DNA of 64,000 bases from Minisyncoccia bacterium (lineage in GTDB: Bacteria > Patescibacteriota > Minisyncoccia > Phycocordibacterales > UBA2100), in NCBI GenBank assembly GCA_049297775.1, contig JBAQUX010000025.1:122835-186834 (forward strand), read 5' to 3'. The translations under genes and the position numbers were made by a program. Every line of letters starts with the position of its first letter. The stretch's first letter is position 1. Shown piece by piece: positions 23,743 to 33,400 of the stretch. The notes beneath the pieces were generated by a model that saw only the letters and a program-made list of their open reading frames with translations, was not told where the DNA came from and did no database searches.

Positions 23743-24894
23743 ATGATTACCACAGAACAAAGCAGTTGGACTGAGAAAGATGGCTGGAAAAATATTGAAA
23801 CTAGAACACTCGCTGGAGATGCGCAGTGGGTTATGGTATTTGGCGGTAGACGACTTCTCGAAGACAACACACTCTTCAAGCAGGTGCGCGACAAGTACCC
23901 AAGTGCACAGATGGTAACATGCTCGACTGCGGGAGAAATTTTTGATACGAATGTTTCAGATAACTCTCTGTCAGTCACCGCGATTCACTTGGAAAAAACA
24001 ACCCTTGCATTTACCACGACCGAGATACGAACATACGCTGAGAGTTACGATGCCGGCAAAAGACTTGCAGGGCAACTCTCACATGAGAATCTTGTACACG
24101 TTATGGTTTTTTCTGACGGAAGAATTGTAAACGGCACACAGCTCGTTTCTGGGCTAAATAGCTTTCTTCCTACGTCTGTTGCGGTCACTGGCGGCCTTGT
24201 TGGCGATGGTGCAGAATTCAAAAAAACACTTGTAGGATTTAATGAACCGGGACGCGAAGGCAATATCGTCGCTATTGGTTTTTACGGTTCTGCTCTTCAT
24301 GTTGGTTATGGATCATTTGGTGGATGGGATTCATTTGGCGCTGAACGAACAATTACCAAATCGCATAACAATGTTCTGTACGAACTTGACGGACAACCTG
24401 CACTTGCGCTCTACAAGGAACTCTTAGGAGATCAGGCAGCAGGATTGCCGAGCACAGCACTTTTGTTCCCACTCAGATTACGCATGGTAACTAACGGCAA
24501 AGAACATGAAGTGGTGAGAACCATTCTCGGCATCGATGAGGCTACGCAGAGCATGACATTTGCCGGTGATATGCCAATCGGTATTCAAGCAACACTGATG
24601 AAGGCAAACTTTGAAAGACTTATCGACGGAGCTTCAAGTGCTGGTTCAATGAGTATTGAAGCATTAGGAACTCAGAAGCCTGAGCTAGCATTACTCGTGA
24701 GTTGTGTCGGGCGAAAACTCGTACTCCAGGAACGCTCAAAAGAAGAGACCGAAGCGGTCCGTGCAATTCTTGGTGATGTTGCTGCAATGACAGGATTTTA
24801 CTCTTACGGTGAGCTCTGTCCGGTTACTTCTACTGAGAAGAAATGCGAATTGCACAATCAGACAATGACTATTACCACCTTTAGAGAAGAGTAG
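23743..24894 (+). CDS. FIST-domain protein (FIST_N plus FIST_C sensory domains, no output domain)
   Basis: 383 aa; internal VMVFSDG; C-terminal MTGFYSYGELCP matches the FIST_C terminal GFYxYGE motif. Confidence 0.7.
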   Translation: MITTEQSSWTEKDGWKNIETRTLAGDAQWVMVFGGRRLLEDNTLFKQVRDKYPSAQMVTCSTAGEIFDTNVSDNSLSVTAIHLEKTTLAFTTTEIRTYAESYDAGKRLAGQLSHENLVHVMVFSDGRIVNGTQLVSGLNSFLPTSVAVTGGLVGDGAEFKKTLVGFNEPGREGNIVAIGFYGSALHVGYGSFGGWDSFGAERTITKSHNNVLYELDGQPALALYKELLGDQAAGLPSTALLFPLRLRMVTNGKEHEVVRTILGIDEATQSMTFAGDMPIGIQATLMKANFERLIDGASSAGSMSIEALGTQKPELALLVSCVGRKLVLQERSKEETEAVRAILGDVAAMTGFYSYGELCPVTSTEKKCELHNQTMTITTFREE

Positions 24895-24913
24895 TTTTGG
24901 TACGACGTGAGAG

Positions 24914-25483
24914 CTAGCGCTCAGTAACCTTACTGAGAAGTTCCAAGAGAATACGGGATGACATTCCCGTGATTGTTTCTGCGTCGCCGGAAGTGACAAT
25001 ATAGTCTGTAAGGATAGGGTCATTAATATCAAAACCACCTGCAGTTCCCTGTTCAAAACCATTACGACTCGCAACTGCAAGCACATCTTCTGGTAATTCG
25101 GAAAGATAGACGCACCCTGCATCGGTGTTTTCTGCAGATGCATCTGTCTCAGTATTTACGACAAGAAGCGAAGTAATGACAGAAACTTTTTTCCCAACAA
25201 AATGTAGTAGAAAGCTCCGAGACTCCTCTACACTTGATGACTTTTCGAATATCTTCCCTTCACATTCGACAACGCTGTCAGCGGTAATCACTAACCCATG
25301 GCCACCCAACCTTGCTCGCACTGCGCGTGATTTTGCATGTGCCAACTCGCGCGTAAGCGTTTCGGCAACATCATGCCGTATGCTTTTTTCGTCGATATCT
25401 GCGGGAACAACTTCAAAGTCCAGGCCTAGCTTGGTGAGTATTTTTTTACGCCGTGGCGATGCTGAACCTAAAATTATTTTCAT
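24914..25483 (-). CDS. maf: Maf-like nucleoside triphosphate pyrophosphatase
   Basis: MKIILGSASPRRKKIL N-terminus. Confidence 0.9.
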   Translation of the reverse strand: MKIILGSASPRRKKILTKLGLDFEVVPADIDEKSIRHDVAETLTRELAHAKSRAVRARLGGHGLVITADSVVECEGKIFEKSSSVEESRSFLLHFVGKKVSVITSLLVVNTETDASAENTDAGCVYLSELPEDVLAVASRNGFEQGTAGGFDINDPILTDYIVTSGDAETITGMSSRILLELLSKVTER

Positions 25484-25500
25484 ACAACCTACTATTGAAG

Positions 25501-26352
25501 TTACTTTGCAAATAAGCTCAAAAATTTCTGCGGATCGACAGAAGCGCCATTGATACGCACACTTAAGTGAAGATGCGGTCTTTCTGCATAGCCAGTTTTT
25601 CCTGAGTATCCTAAAACAGTACCTTGCTCAACAAGTTGACCGTGCGCTACCTTTAATTTCGACAAATGCATGTACAGCGTTTGCACACCGAGTCCATGGT
25701 CAATGATAACGGTATTGCCATAGACTGTAAATTTTTTCGATAGACGCACGATACCCTTATTCATGGCGATAATCGGAGTACCTTCTTTCGCTCTATAGTC
25801 AGTTCCTTTATGGGTAATGGTAGAGGCGGAACCAGTACGTATATATCCAAATGTATCAGTCACTATCGGTGCAAGTAGTGGTGGCACAAATCCATTTTTC
25901 CACAACACCTTGGGTTGCGTAAAGAGGTTTGAGATAGCAAAGTTTTCCTTCTCCAAAACACTCACGATGCGCAACTCATTCTTCACCCCATTCCCTCCCA
26001 ACTTTACAGGAACTGGCGGGTTTACACGCGTTTCTTTTATGAGAGGATTAATTATTAGTTCGTGCGTAACTGCAGTTCCATTAGAAAGCTGTGCTGTAAT
26101 TGTGCGGGAACCAACGGTACCCGTGAGTGGAACGCCAAAGAGTGCTGATGGTATAGACTGATAGGTAAAAACAGGTACTGAGGTTGCACCAATAGTTACG
26201 CGAGAGACAGTGCTCCCAGCCGGTACATCATGTACGCGAATAAGCACAGGAGACCCTTGCTCAATCACTTCTGGCATCACGGATATACTCACTGCAAGAA
26301 CCGGTGAAGCGACAAAGAAAAGCGAGAGTGATGCGATATATATGAGCCTCAT
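25501..26352 (-). CDS. M23 family metallopeptidase (LytM-like), secreted
   Basis: Signal-like MRLIYIASLSLFFVASPVLA; C-terminal HKGTDY...IDHG...YMHLS...GYSGKTGYAERPHLHLS M23 motifs. The track ORF extends further 5' to 26517 with a non-hydrophobic N-terminus. Confidence 0.85.
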   Translation of the reverse strand: MRLIYIASLSLFFVASPVLAVSISVMPEVIEQGSPVLIRVHDVPAGSTVSRVTIGATSVPVFTYQSIPSALFGVPLTGTVGSRTITAQLSNGTAVTHELIINPLIKETRVNPPVPVKLGGNGVKNELRIVSVLEKENFAISNLFTQPKVLWKNGFVPPLLAPIVTDTFGYIRTGSASTITHKGTDYRAKEGTPIIAMNKGIVRLSKKFTVYGNTVIIDHGLGVQTLYMHLSKLKVAHGQLVEQGTVLGYSGKTGYAERPHLHLSVRINGASVDPQKFLSLFAK

Positions 26353-26530
26353 AGGACTAGTATAGCAAATCACTTTGACATCTGTTCTTCTAAGGAGTAC
26401 GCTCAAGGTTGGTCCGTGCGGAAAAAACTCCCGTCCTCCCCGGTGGCAGTCCGCATGTAGTTGCTCACACGAGCAAGACCCGGGGTACACACTTCGCGCC
26501 CGTAGCGTGTACCCCAAATTTCTTTTCTTA

Positions 26531-26558
26531 AAAAAAATCTGCCCGAAGGCAGATTTTT
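26531..26558. terminator. Rho-independent terminator downstream of typA (bidirectional)
   Basis: aaaaaaaATCTGCCcgaaGGCAGATtttt. Confidence 0.75.
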
Positions 26559-26560
26559 AA

Positions 26561-28345
26561 TTATCTCTTAGATTTATTTCTGTCGTTTTCTGTAAGTCCT
26601 TGCTTACGGATACGTGTGAAGTTTGGAGTAATTTCCAAATATTCATCGTCGTTCATAATTTCAAGTCCTCGCTCAATAGTGATGGTAAATGGCGGTGTCA
26701 GCTTTACGGCCTCATCAGTTCCAGATGCGCGCATGTTAGTGAGTTGCTTACCCTTAATTGGGTTCACAACCATCTCCTCTCCTTTCGAAGTGTTTCCGAT
26801 GACCATACCCTCATATACTTCTACTTGTGGACCAATGTACAAAAGTCCACGGTCTTGCAAGTTCCATAATGCGAATGAGATTGATGTTCCTGACATCATA
26901 GAAATCATTGAACCTACTACACGCTTTTGAATAGTACCGGTGAAGTGCTTGAAACCAATGACTTGTGAAGAAAGAATACCCTCACCCTTTGTATCAATGA
27001 CGAATTGCCCGCGGTATCCAAGAAGTCCACGTGTTGGTCCTTCAAGGGTGATGCGTGTAGTCGTATCCTTCATCACCATGTTAGTGAGCATGAATCCACG
27101 CATACCGAGGCGCTCAATAATTGCACCTTGGTACTCATTTGGAGTATCAATAGTCACCTCTTCAAACGGTTCAACTTTTTGTCCATTCTCTTCACGAGTA
27201 ATAACACGTGGCTGAGATACCTGCATTTCAAATCCTTCACGTCGCATCTGCTCGAGGAGGATCGCAATATGTAACTCGCCACGTCCAGAAACTTCAAATG
27301 CATCTGGCGACGTAAATACTACTTTCAATCCAACGTTGATTTCAAGCTCACGCTCAAGTCTGTCGCGAATTTGACGTGAAGTTACAAACTTTCCATCTTT
27401 ACCAGCAAACGGTGAGTTGTTAACCAAAAAGTTAAGTGAGATCGTTGGCTCATCAACATGAATTGGTGGCAATGGCACTGCACCGTCTCGGTCACTGACA
27501 GTTTCACCAATAGTAATATCAGGAATACCGGCAATCATCACAATATCTCCTGCACCTACAGTTTCCGCTTCAACGCGCTCAAATCCTTTGAAAGTGAACA
27601 TCTTCGTTATCTTTCCTTTACGGGTCACTCCTTCATTGTTTGTGATTACAACGGTCGATGCTGTATTCAATACACCGTCGTATACGCGTCCGACTGCCAT
27701 ACGCCCAAGAAAGTTGTCGTACGCGAGGTTAAACGTCTGGAGGCGAAGTGGTACTGAAGCATCACTTTGTGGCGCTGCAGGAACATGCTTTAACACTTCA
27801 TCGAGAAGTGGGTTCAGATTTGTTGATTCGTCTGCAAGATTTTTCTTTGCGATACCTTGTCGTCCAATAGCATAGATAACCGGAAACTCTGCTTGCTCAT
27901 CAGATGCGCCCAATTCAACAAATAAATCAAATACTTGCTCTTCACAGAGTGCAGGGTTCGCAGCTGGTTTATCAATTTTGTTGATGACAACGATTGGCTT
28001 AAGTCCGAGTTCGAGTGATTTTTTCAAGACGAAGCGCGTTTGTGGCATTGGACCTTCTTGAGCATCCACAATCAAAAGCACGCAGTCAATTGAACGCAAT
28101 ACACGCTCTACCTCAGAACCGAAGTCTGCGTGACCTGGTGTATCAACAATGTTGATTTTTGTGTCTTTATAAAAAAGTGCGGTGTTCTTTGCGTAAATAG
28201 TAATACCACGCTCTTTTTCAAGAGTATTTGAGTCCATAGATGCACTCGCGTCAGATACAGCACCGTTCTGGCGCAAGAGTGCGTCAGTAAGAGTTGTCTT
28301 TCCGTGGTCAACGTGCGCGATGATGGCAATGTTTCGAATATCCAT
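26561..28345 (-). CDS. typA: Translational GTPase TypA/BipA
   Basis: MDIRNIAIIAHVDHGKTTLTDALL...; 594 aa with EF-G-like domain order. Confidence 0.92.
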   Translation of the reverse strand: MDIRNIAIIAHVDHGKTTLTDALLRQNGAVSDASASMDSNTLEKERGITIYAKNTALFYKDTKINIVDTPGHADFGSEVERVLRSIDCVLLIVDAQEGPMPQTRFVLKKSLELGLKPIVVINKIDKPAANPALCEEQVFDLFVELGASDEQAEFPVIYAIGRQGIAKKNLADESTNLNPLLDEVLKHVPAAPQSDASVPLRLQTFNLAYDNFLGRMAVGRVYDGVLNTASTVVITNNEGVTRKGKITKMFTFKGFERVEAETVGAGDIVMIAGIPDITIGETVSDRDGAVPLPPIHVDEPTISLNFLVNNSPFAGKDGKFVTSRQIRDRLERELEINVGLKVVFTSPDAFEVSGRGELHIAILLEQMRREGFEMQVSQPRVITREENGQKVEPFEEVTIDTPNEYQGAIIERLGMRGFMLTNMVMKDTTTRITLEGPTRGLLGYRGQFVIDTKGEGILSSQVIGFKHFTGTIQKRVVGSMISMMSGTSISFALWNLQDRGLLYIGPQVEVYEGMVIGNTSKGEEMVVNPIKGKQLTNMRASGTDEAVKLTPPFTITIERGLEIMNDDEYLEITPNFTRIRKQGLTENDRNKSKR

Positions 28346-28369
28346 ACTACTAATTTGTGTTAAATCTAT

Positions 28370-28397
28370 AAAAAGAAAACCTCCGAAACATGGAGGA
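28370..28397 (-). terminator. Rho-independent terminator after the YccA-like gene
   Basis: On the minus strand CCTCCatgtttcGGAGG followed by ttttcttttt. Confidence 0.6.
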
Positions 28398-28470
28398 AGT
28401 CGCGAGTAGCATACGCGACTTAGCCCATTTGGTCAATACGGCTTACTGTATAGAATTTTACACGTGAGAC

Positions 28471-29133
28471 TTACTCTCGGTCGCCGGCAAGATTCAAAAG
28501 ATTTTGGAAAATCATAATGAAGTTTATGTACATGTGCAATGCACCCAGTGTTATCGCCTTTCCTTGCTGTTCGACACTAGTCAGTGTCGCGTGGAGGTGT
28601 TTGTAGTACTGTGCGTCATACACGGTAAGTGCAGAAAATACCAGCAATGCACCCGCAGAGATAATCATGTCTAGGAGGCTATTTTGGAAGTACATGTTTG
28701 CGAGTGATGAGAAAAAGATGCCCCACACTGCCACAAAAAGAAATGTACGCCAGCCACTCATGTCATGCTTTGTTATGTGACCAAGAAACGCGAGTGCAGT
28801 AAATGCTGAAGCGGCAACAAGGAAAATAACAACAACGAGTGAGAAGTTTTTTGTGAGGAAGTAGAGAAGAAATCCTGACATGGTAATACCGTTAAGTGCA
28901 GCATACGCGATGAAGAGTCCAGACGCAGTAGCGGTAGATATTTTATGTATTGCCATTTGCACACCAAACATAAGTGCAAGTTCAACTGCAACAATTCCAT
29001 AAAAAAGAACGGGTGTTTGCAGTACTGCAATAAGCGGAGAATGTACGGTAAGCCATGCAGTACCCGCAGAGAGCACGAGTGCTGCCGCCATCCGACCGTA
29101 GATACTACTAAGGTATGTGTTGAGTGAGACCAT
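28471..29133 (-). CDS. Bax-inhibitor-1/YccA family membrane protein
   Basis: 7-TM profile and the family motif LTVYDAQ. Confidence 0.75.
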   Translation of the reverse strand: MVSLNTYLSSIYGRMAAALVLSAGTAWLTVHSPLIAVLQTPVLFYGIVAVELALMFGVQMAIHKISTATASGLFIAYAALNGITMSGFLLYFLTKNFSLVVVIFLVAASAFTALAFLGHITKHDMSGWRTFLFVAVWGIFFSSLANMYFQNSLLDMIISAGALLVFSALTVYDAQYYKHLHATLTSVEQQGKAITLGALHMYINFIMIFQNLLNLAGDRE

Positions 29134-29155
29134 ACGTATATTTTAAAGTTATAAA

Positions 29156-29536
29156 TTAGCCGAGCTGGGCATGAATCTTTTTTGCAATCTCTGCAAGTTT
29201 AGTTTCATTTTTTACGCAATATTCAAGCACTTGCAAGTCAGTTGCCTTTTGTCTCGCGTCTTTATTTTCAAGATTGGTAAGAACAATGACGGGTACGGTT
29301 GCGCCCCAACTATCCTTTCTCAATTCCTCAAGCATTTCAAGACCGCTCATATTCGGCATGACAACATCAAGCAAAATTATCTCTGGTTTGTTGTCTAGAG
29401 CTTCAGTAAGTCCTGCGTCACCAGTTCGTGCAGTAACAATTGCAAAGCCTTCACCGAGTAGCTTTGTTTTCATCGCTCGCGCGAGGTCATCTTCATCTTC
29501 TACTATAAGTATTGTCTTCTTTCGTGAGTGATCCAT
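29156..29536 (-). CDS. Single-domain response regulator (CheY-like receiver only)
   Basis: ILIVEDEDDLARAM...ILLDVVMPNMSG...LTNL receiver motifs with phospho-acceptor Asp; 126 aa. Confidence 0.85.
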   Translation of the reverse strand: MDHSRKKTILIVEDEDDLARAMKTKLLGEGFAIVTARTGDAGLTEALDNKPEIILLDVVMPNMSGLEMLEELRKDSWGATVPVIVLTNLENKDARQKATDLQVLEYCVKNETKLAEIAKKIHAQLG

Positions 29537-29568
29537 GGTATATCTTTCGGTAATAAATAAAGTGAATA

Positions 29569-29949
29569 CTAGCCAAGTTTTTCGCGCACCTTCTTTACCA
29601 CATCTGAGAGCTTCCAGTCACTTTTGACAATATAATCAAACACGCCAAGTTCTGTAGATTTTTGGACAGCTTCCATCTCAGATAGGTTGGTAAGAAAAAT
29701 AACTTTAGCCGTTTTCCCCCAGTCGTCGCCTCGAAGCTTCATTAACATACTCATGCCATCCATTTTTGGCATCACTACATCAAGAAGAATGAGGTCTGGG
29801 TGGTTCTGTACGGCAAGAGCATAGCCTTCTTCGCCATCACGCGCAGCTGTTACGTCAAAGCCTTCATTTATAAGCTTATCCTGCATTGCGCGAGAAATTG
29901 CCGGTTCGTCTTCAACGAGTAAAATTTTCTTTTTTGTGGCTTCTTCCAT
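29569..29949 (-). CDS. Single-domain response regulator, paralogue of the neighbouring gene
   Basis: MEEATKKKILLVEDEPAISRAM...LILLDVVMPKMDG...FLTNL. Start taken at MEEATKKK; the track ORF extends to 30108 in overlap with the kinase gene. Confidence 0.8.
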   Translation of the reverse strand: MEEATKKKILLVEDEPAISRAMQDKLINEGFDVTAARDGEEGYALAVQNHPDLILLDVVMPKMDGMSMLMKLRGDDWGKTAKVIFLTNLSEMEAVQKSTELGVFDYIVKSDWKLSDVVKKVREKLG

Positions 29950-30001
29950 AGTGTTGTAATTATATAGTATTAATACTGGTGTGTCTAAGTAGCATCCATG
30001 G

Positions 30002-31285
30002 TTACGCGAGCTTACGTGCACCGTCCTTTTTTTCCATACCATCAAGTGGCAGAGTGACGAAGAAAGATGTGCCCTTCCCCTCCTCAGATATAAAGGAAAC
30101 CGTTCCATGCGAGTGCTCTATGATTGATTTTACGATATACAAACCGAGACCGGTACCATCCACGTTCTGTGAGCGCACGTTATCTGCTCGAAATAGTTTT
30201 GAGAAAATTCTATCCTTTTGATTTTCTGGAATACCGCACCCTGTGTCAGTAACACGAATAGCAATAGTATTTTTGCGTAAGCCGAGTACCACTTCAAACT
30301 CAACTGCACCACCTTCTGGAGTATATTTTATTGCGTTTGAAAGTAAATTCTGTAATACCATACGCAACAACTTTGTGTCTGCAGGAATCATAGGAATATT
30401 GTCACCAAAATGAGTAGTTAGCTTTTGCTTGCGTTGTGTAATGGTAGGCATCTGTTCGTTTATGACACTGCGTGCCATTTCGACAATATCAGTAGGCACA
30501 GGCTCTACAGAAAAAGTTCCCAATTCGATGCGGGATACGTTCAAGAGCGAGTTTACGAGATCAACCATACGTTGATTACTGTCATACATTTCTTGAATAT
30601 ACTTTTTTTGGTCGGCGTTCAGGGCACCAACATCGCCATCAAGTAACATTTCTGCATACCAGTTTATAGAAGTGAGCGGTGTTTTAAGTTGATGGGACGC
30701 GAGAGAAACGAACTCGGTTTTCGCTCTATCAATTTCTTTCTCGCGAGTAACATCATGCACTGTTCCCTGAATCGAATGTACGAGATGCACTCTGTCTCCG
30801 GGAACGGTGAGTATTTTGCCTTTCAATGTAAGCGAACGAATCGCGCGTGTAGGCAATTCTATTCTATAATTAACTTCAAATTCACCTGACGTTTTCATCG
30901 CTTTTACCATCTCAGCTTTTGCACGCTCTCTGTCTTCAGGTAAAATCATTGCATAAAATTCTTCAAGCGTTGGTGCTGTCCGGTGCATACGCTTATCCGT
31001 TGCGTGGAGTGCATACATTTCATCAGACCAGAAATGTTGGTTGGTTTGGAAGTCCCAAATGAAGCTTCCGAAGTGTCCAATTTTTTCAGCGGCTGCGAGT
31101 CTATTTCTACTTTCTTCAAGATCACCATTAATCGTAGATGAGTATTGATACATCTTGCGACGTGATTGCGTAGAGACATACGCAAGCCCAATAAGTGCAA
31201 GTGCGAGGAGTGCAATAAGTGTTGCAACCGTGATAACTACAAAACCACCGAGGTCTGCAATAAGTGTGTCGAGCGATTCAAGCAT
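30002..31285 (-). CDS. Sensor histidine kinase (N-terminal TM, PAS, HisKA, HATPase_c)
   Basis: ASHQLKTPLTSI H-box, N/G1/G2 boxes (LLSNAIKYT, DTGCGIP, GTGLGLYIVKSI), and a PAS-like region after a single TM. Confidence 0.85.
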   Translation of the reverse strand: MLESLDTLIADLGGFVVITVATLIALLALALIGLAYVSTQSRRKMYQYSSTINGDLEESRNRLAAAEKIGHFGSFIWDFQTNQHFWSDEMYALHATDKRMHRTAPTLEEFYAMILPEDRERAKAEMVKAMKTSGEFEVNYRIELPTRAIRSLTLKGKILTVPGDRVHLVHSIQGTVHDVTREKEIDRAKTEFVSLASHQLKTPLTSINWYAEMLLDGDVGALNADQKKYIQEMYDSNQRMVDLVNSLLNVSRIELGTFSVEPVPTDIVEMARSVINEQMPTITQRKQKLTTHFGDNIPMIPADTKLLRMVLQNLLSNAIKYTPEGGAVEFEVVLGLRKNTIAIRVTDTGCGIPENQKDRIFSKLFRADNVRSQNVDGTGLGLYIVKSIIEHSHGTVSFISEEGKGTSFFVTLPLDGMEKKDGARKLA

Positions 31286-31319
31286 GTCGCCATCATAGCA
31301 AAAAATATGACCTCGTTAT

Positions 31320-31644
31320 GACTGTAACCCACACCTTTGCATTCTATGAAGACGAGGAGTACGATTTACCTGCTTACCAGGAGAAAGGGGTCATCATGAC
31401 TGGAAAAGCTGAAGTGAAAAGCGGAAAGTCCGGATTGGCAAAGCGCGGGAAATCGCGCCAACGCTGGAACGGCATCTGCCATTGCATGTGCGGTAAAGCG
31501 CAAACAGCGATGGTATTCCTCAAAACTTCCGGGAGGAAGTCCAAGGCCTACTTTCTTACAGTAGAGCCGGCGACAAAGGAAGATGTTGCGGAGTTCCTCC
31601 GTGACCAAGCCAAAAAAGAGCCGCGTCCCCCACGTAAGGCTTAA
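31320..31644 (+). CDS. Small basic hypothetical protein (uncertain; an antisense ORF 31366..31686 competes)
   Basis: ORF MTVTHTFAFYEDEEYDLPAYQEKGVIMTGKAEVKSGKSGLAKRGKSRQRWNG... in the divergent region between the kinase and rsuA-like genes. Confidence 0.3.
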
Positions 31645-31740
31645 TAATGGCGGAAACGCAAACACTAAGAGGGCTGCTCGCGACAACGCGTGTGGCCACT
31701 TTTTTTATACGTATACACTGGTGCATGGTATAGTACTTCA

Positions 31741-32436
31741 ATGATTATTATCCAAAAGCATCTTGCAGAACGTGGTATCTGCTCGAGACGCGAGGGCGAG
31801 CGATTGGTACTAGAAAAGAAAGTAACCGTAAACGGTAAGCAGGCACTTATTGGGCAACTTATTGATCCTGAAAAGGATATAGTAAAAGTACTTGGTCACT
31901 CAGAAAAACCAAAAATGACCGTAGCAATACACAAGCCACGTGGCGTTGTCTGCTCAACAAATCCAAGCGAAGGTAAGACCATCGGGCAACTACTCCCCCA
32001 GTTTGCAAATCTCAGTATTGTAGGACGCCTCGATAAGGCAAGTGAAGGATTATTACTTCTCACGAGCGATGGTCTTATTACTCGTGCAGTCACGAGCAAT
32101 GAGCACCTCATAGAAAAAGAATACCTGGTAGGCACACGAGAAAAATTATTTGGCGGACTTTTGAAGGATATGGAAAAAGGTATGAAGATTGACGGCGAAC
32201 AAACGCTTCCTTGTACTACAGAATTACGTGACGACAGACAATCCTTTTTGATTACCCTCCGTGAGGGTAAGAAGCACCAAATTCGCAGAATGTGTGATGC
32301 AAAAAAACTTACGGTCACTATGTTAAAGCGACTGCGCATAGGACCCGTCCGCCTCTTGAAGATGCGCCCCGGCGAGTTTAGACAACTCACTGAGGAAGAA
32401 ATTCAAACCATTAAAAGTACACTTGCTTCTGCATAG
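31741..32436 (+). CDS. rsuA: rRNA pseudouridine synthase, RsuA/RluB family (S4 domain plus catalytic domain)
   Basis: S4-like N-terminus (HLAERGICSRREGERLV) and GRLDKASEGLLLLTSDG catalytic motif. Start taken at MIIIQKH. Confidence 0.8.
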   Translation: MIIIQKHLAERGICSRREGERLVLEKKVTVNGKQALIGQLIDPEKDIVKVLGHSEKPKMTVAIHKPRGVVCSTNPSEGKTIGQLLPQFANLSIVGRLDKASEGLLLLTSDGLITRAVTSNEHLIEKEYLVGTREKLFGGLLKDMEKGMKIDGEQTLPCTTELRDDRQSFLITLREGKKHQIRRMCDAKKLTVTMLKRLRIGPVRLLKMRPGEFRQLTEEEIQTIKSTLASA

Positions 32437-32438
32437 AT

Positions 32439-32894
32439 ATGTATATTCAATTCATTACAACTCAATTCGGTGTAATGAAAGTAACGGCAACGGCAGAAAA
32501 ACTCGTCACAATTACGAAAGTTGCAAAAATAGGACTTGATGTGCCGAACGCCATTACGCGGAAGGTTGCAAAAGAACTTACTGCGTACGCAAAAGGTAAA
32601 TTAAGAAAGTTTACTAGTATCAGCATTCATGCAGGTACGCCATTTGAGGAAGATGTCTGGCGTGCTATTGCGAGCATTCCATATGGGACAACAAAAAGTT
32701 ACGGTGATATTGCACGTGTGATCGGCCGTCCTCAGGCAGTACGTGCCGTAGGAACCGCAACAGGAAAAAATTACTTATGCTTAGCTATTCCTTGTCATCG
32801 AGTCATCAAAAGTGACGGCACCCATGGACACTATGCACACGGGGCAAAAATGAAACGTGAGCTTCTTGCGTTTGAAAAAGCACACTCAAAATAA
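32439..32894 (+). CDS. ogt: Methylated-DNA-protein-cysteine methyltransferase
   Basis: IPCHRVI active-site motif plus the IPYGTTKSYGDIA helix-turn-helix region. Confidence 0.88.
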   Translation: MYIQFITTQFGVMKVTATAEKLVTITKVAKIGLDVPNAITRKVAKELTAYAKGKLRKFTSISIHAGTPFEEDVWRAIASIPYGTTKSYGDIARVIGRPQAVRAVGTATGKNYLCLAIPCHRVIKSDGTHGHYAHGAKMKRELLAFEKAHSK

Positions 32895-32925
32895 AACACC
32901 CACTGGGTGTTTTATTTTGAGTGTG
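32881..32925. terminator. Long perfect hairpin (21-bp stem, 3-nt loop) acting as a bidirectional terminator between convergent genes
   Basis: cacactcaaaataaaacaccc-act-gggtgttttattttgagtgtg. Confidence 0.7.
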
Positions 32926-32935
32926 CGTGTATGTG

Positions 32936-33400
32936 TTAGTTAACAGTATCTGTTGCACTTGCCTGCTCTGAGTATTGTACGCCACATGCTTTAACTGAAG
33001 CATTAAATTGTGTAAACGCTGCGGAGACATCGGCGCGAACGATTCTTCGTGCAGATTCAGTTGTGGTGCGGAATTTATTCCACCCTGCCTGTCGCGCGGT
33101 ACGACGAGTTACTGCATCAGCCTGGTTCCAAGCCGCCATAAGTTCTGTTTTTCTTACGCCAAGCGCTGCAACTACGGCTGTGTTATGAGTAGTTCGAGCG
33201 GCGATAATCATATCTTCGCGAACACCAACTGCTGTCGCGACACAAGAACCATTGTATTGTGGCCGAACCATCTTTTTTTCCATTGGTGCTGGCATCATGC
33301 GGTCAGCAGACGGAAGAGCGCTTGTTTGCGCAAATACAGGCACAACTGCCATAAGGCCAAGTGCTGTTGCCGTTGAAATTGTAGCTAATGTTTGTCTCAT
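32936..33400 (-). CDS. Hypothetical secreted protein
   Basis: Signal peptide ...ATALGLMAVVPVFAQTSA; 154 aa. Confidence 0.55.
   Translation of the reverse strand: MRQTLATISTATALGLMAVVPVFAQTSALPSADRMMPAPMEKKMVRPQYNGSCVATAVGVREDMIIAARTTHNTAVVAALGVRKTELMAAWNQADAVTRRTARQAGWNKFRTTTESARRIVRADVSAAFTQFNASVKACGVQYSEQASATDTVN

Noticed and set aside
31366-31686. 106-aa minus-strand ORF
   Set aside because: It competes with the plus ORF 31320..31644 in the divergent intergenic region; neither has a motif, and the minus ORF would read into the rsuA promoter area. Only the plus ORF is kept, at low confidence.
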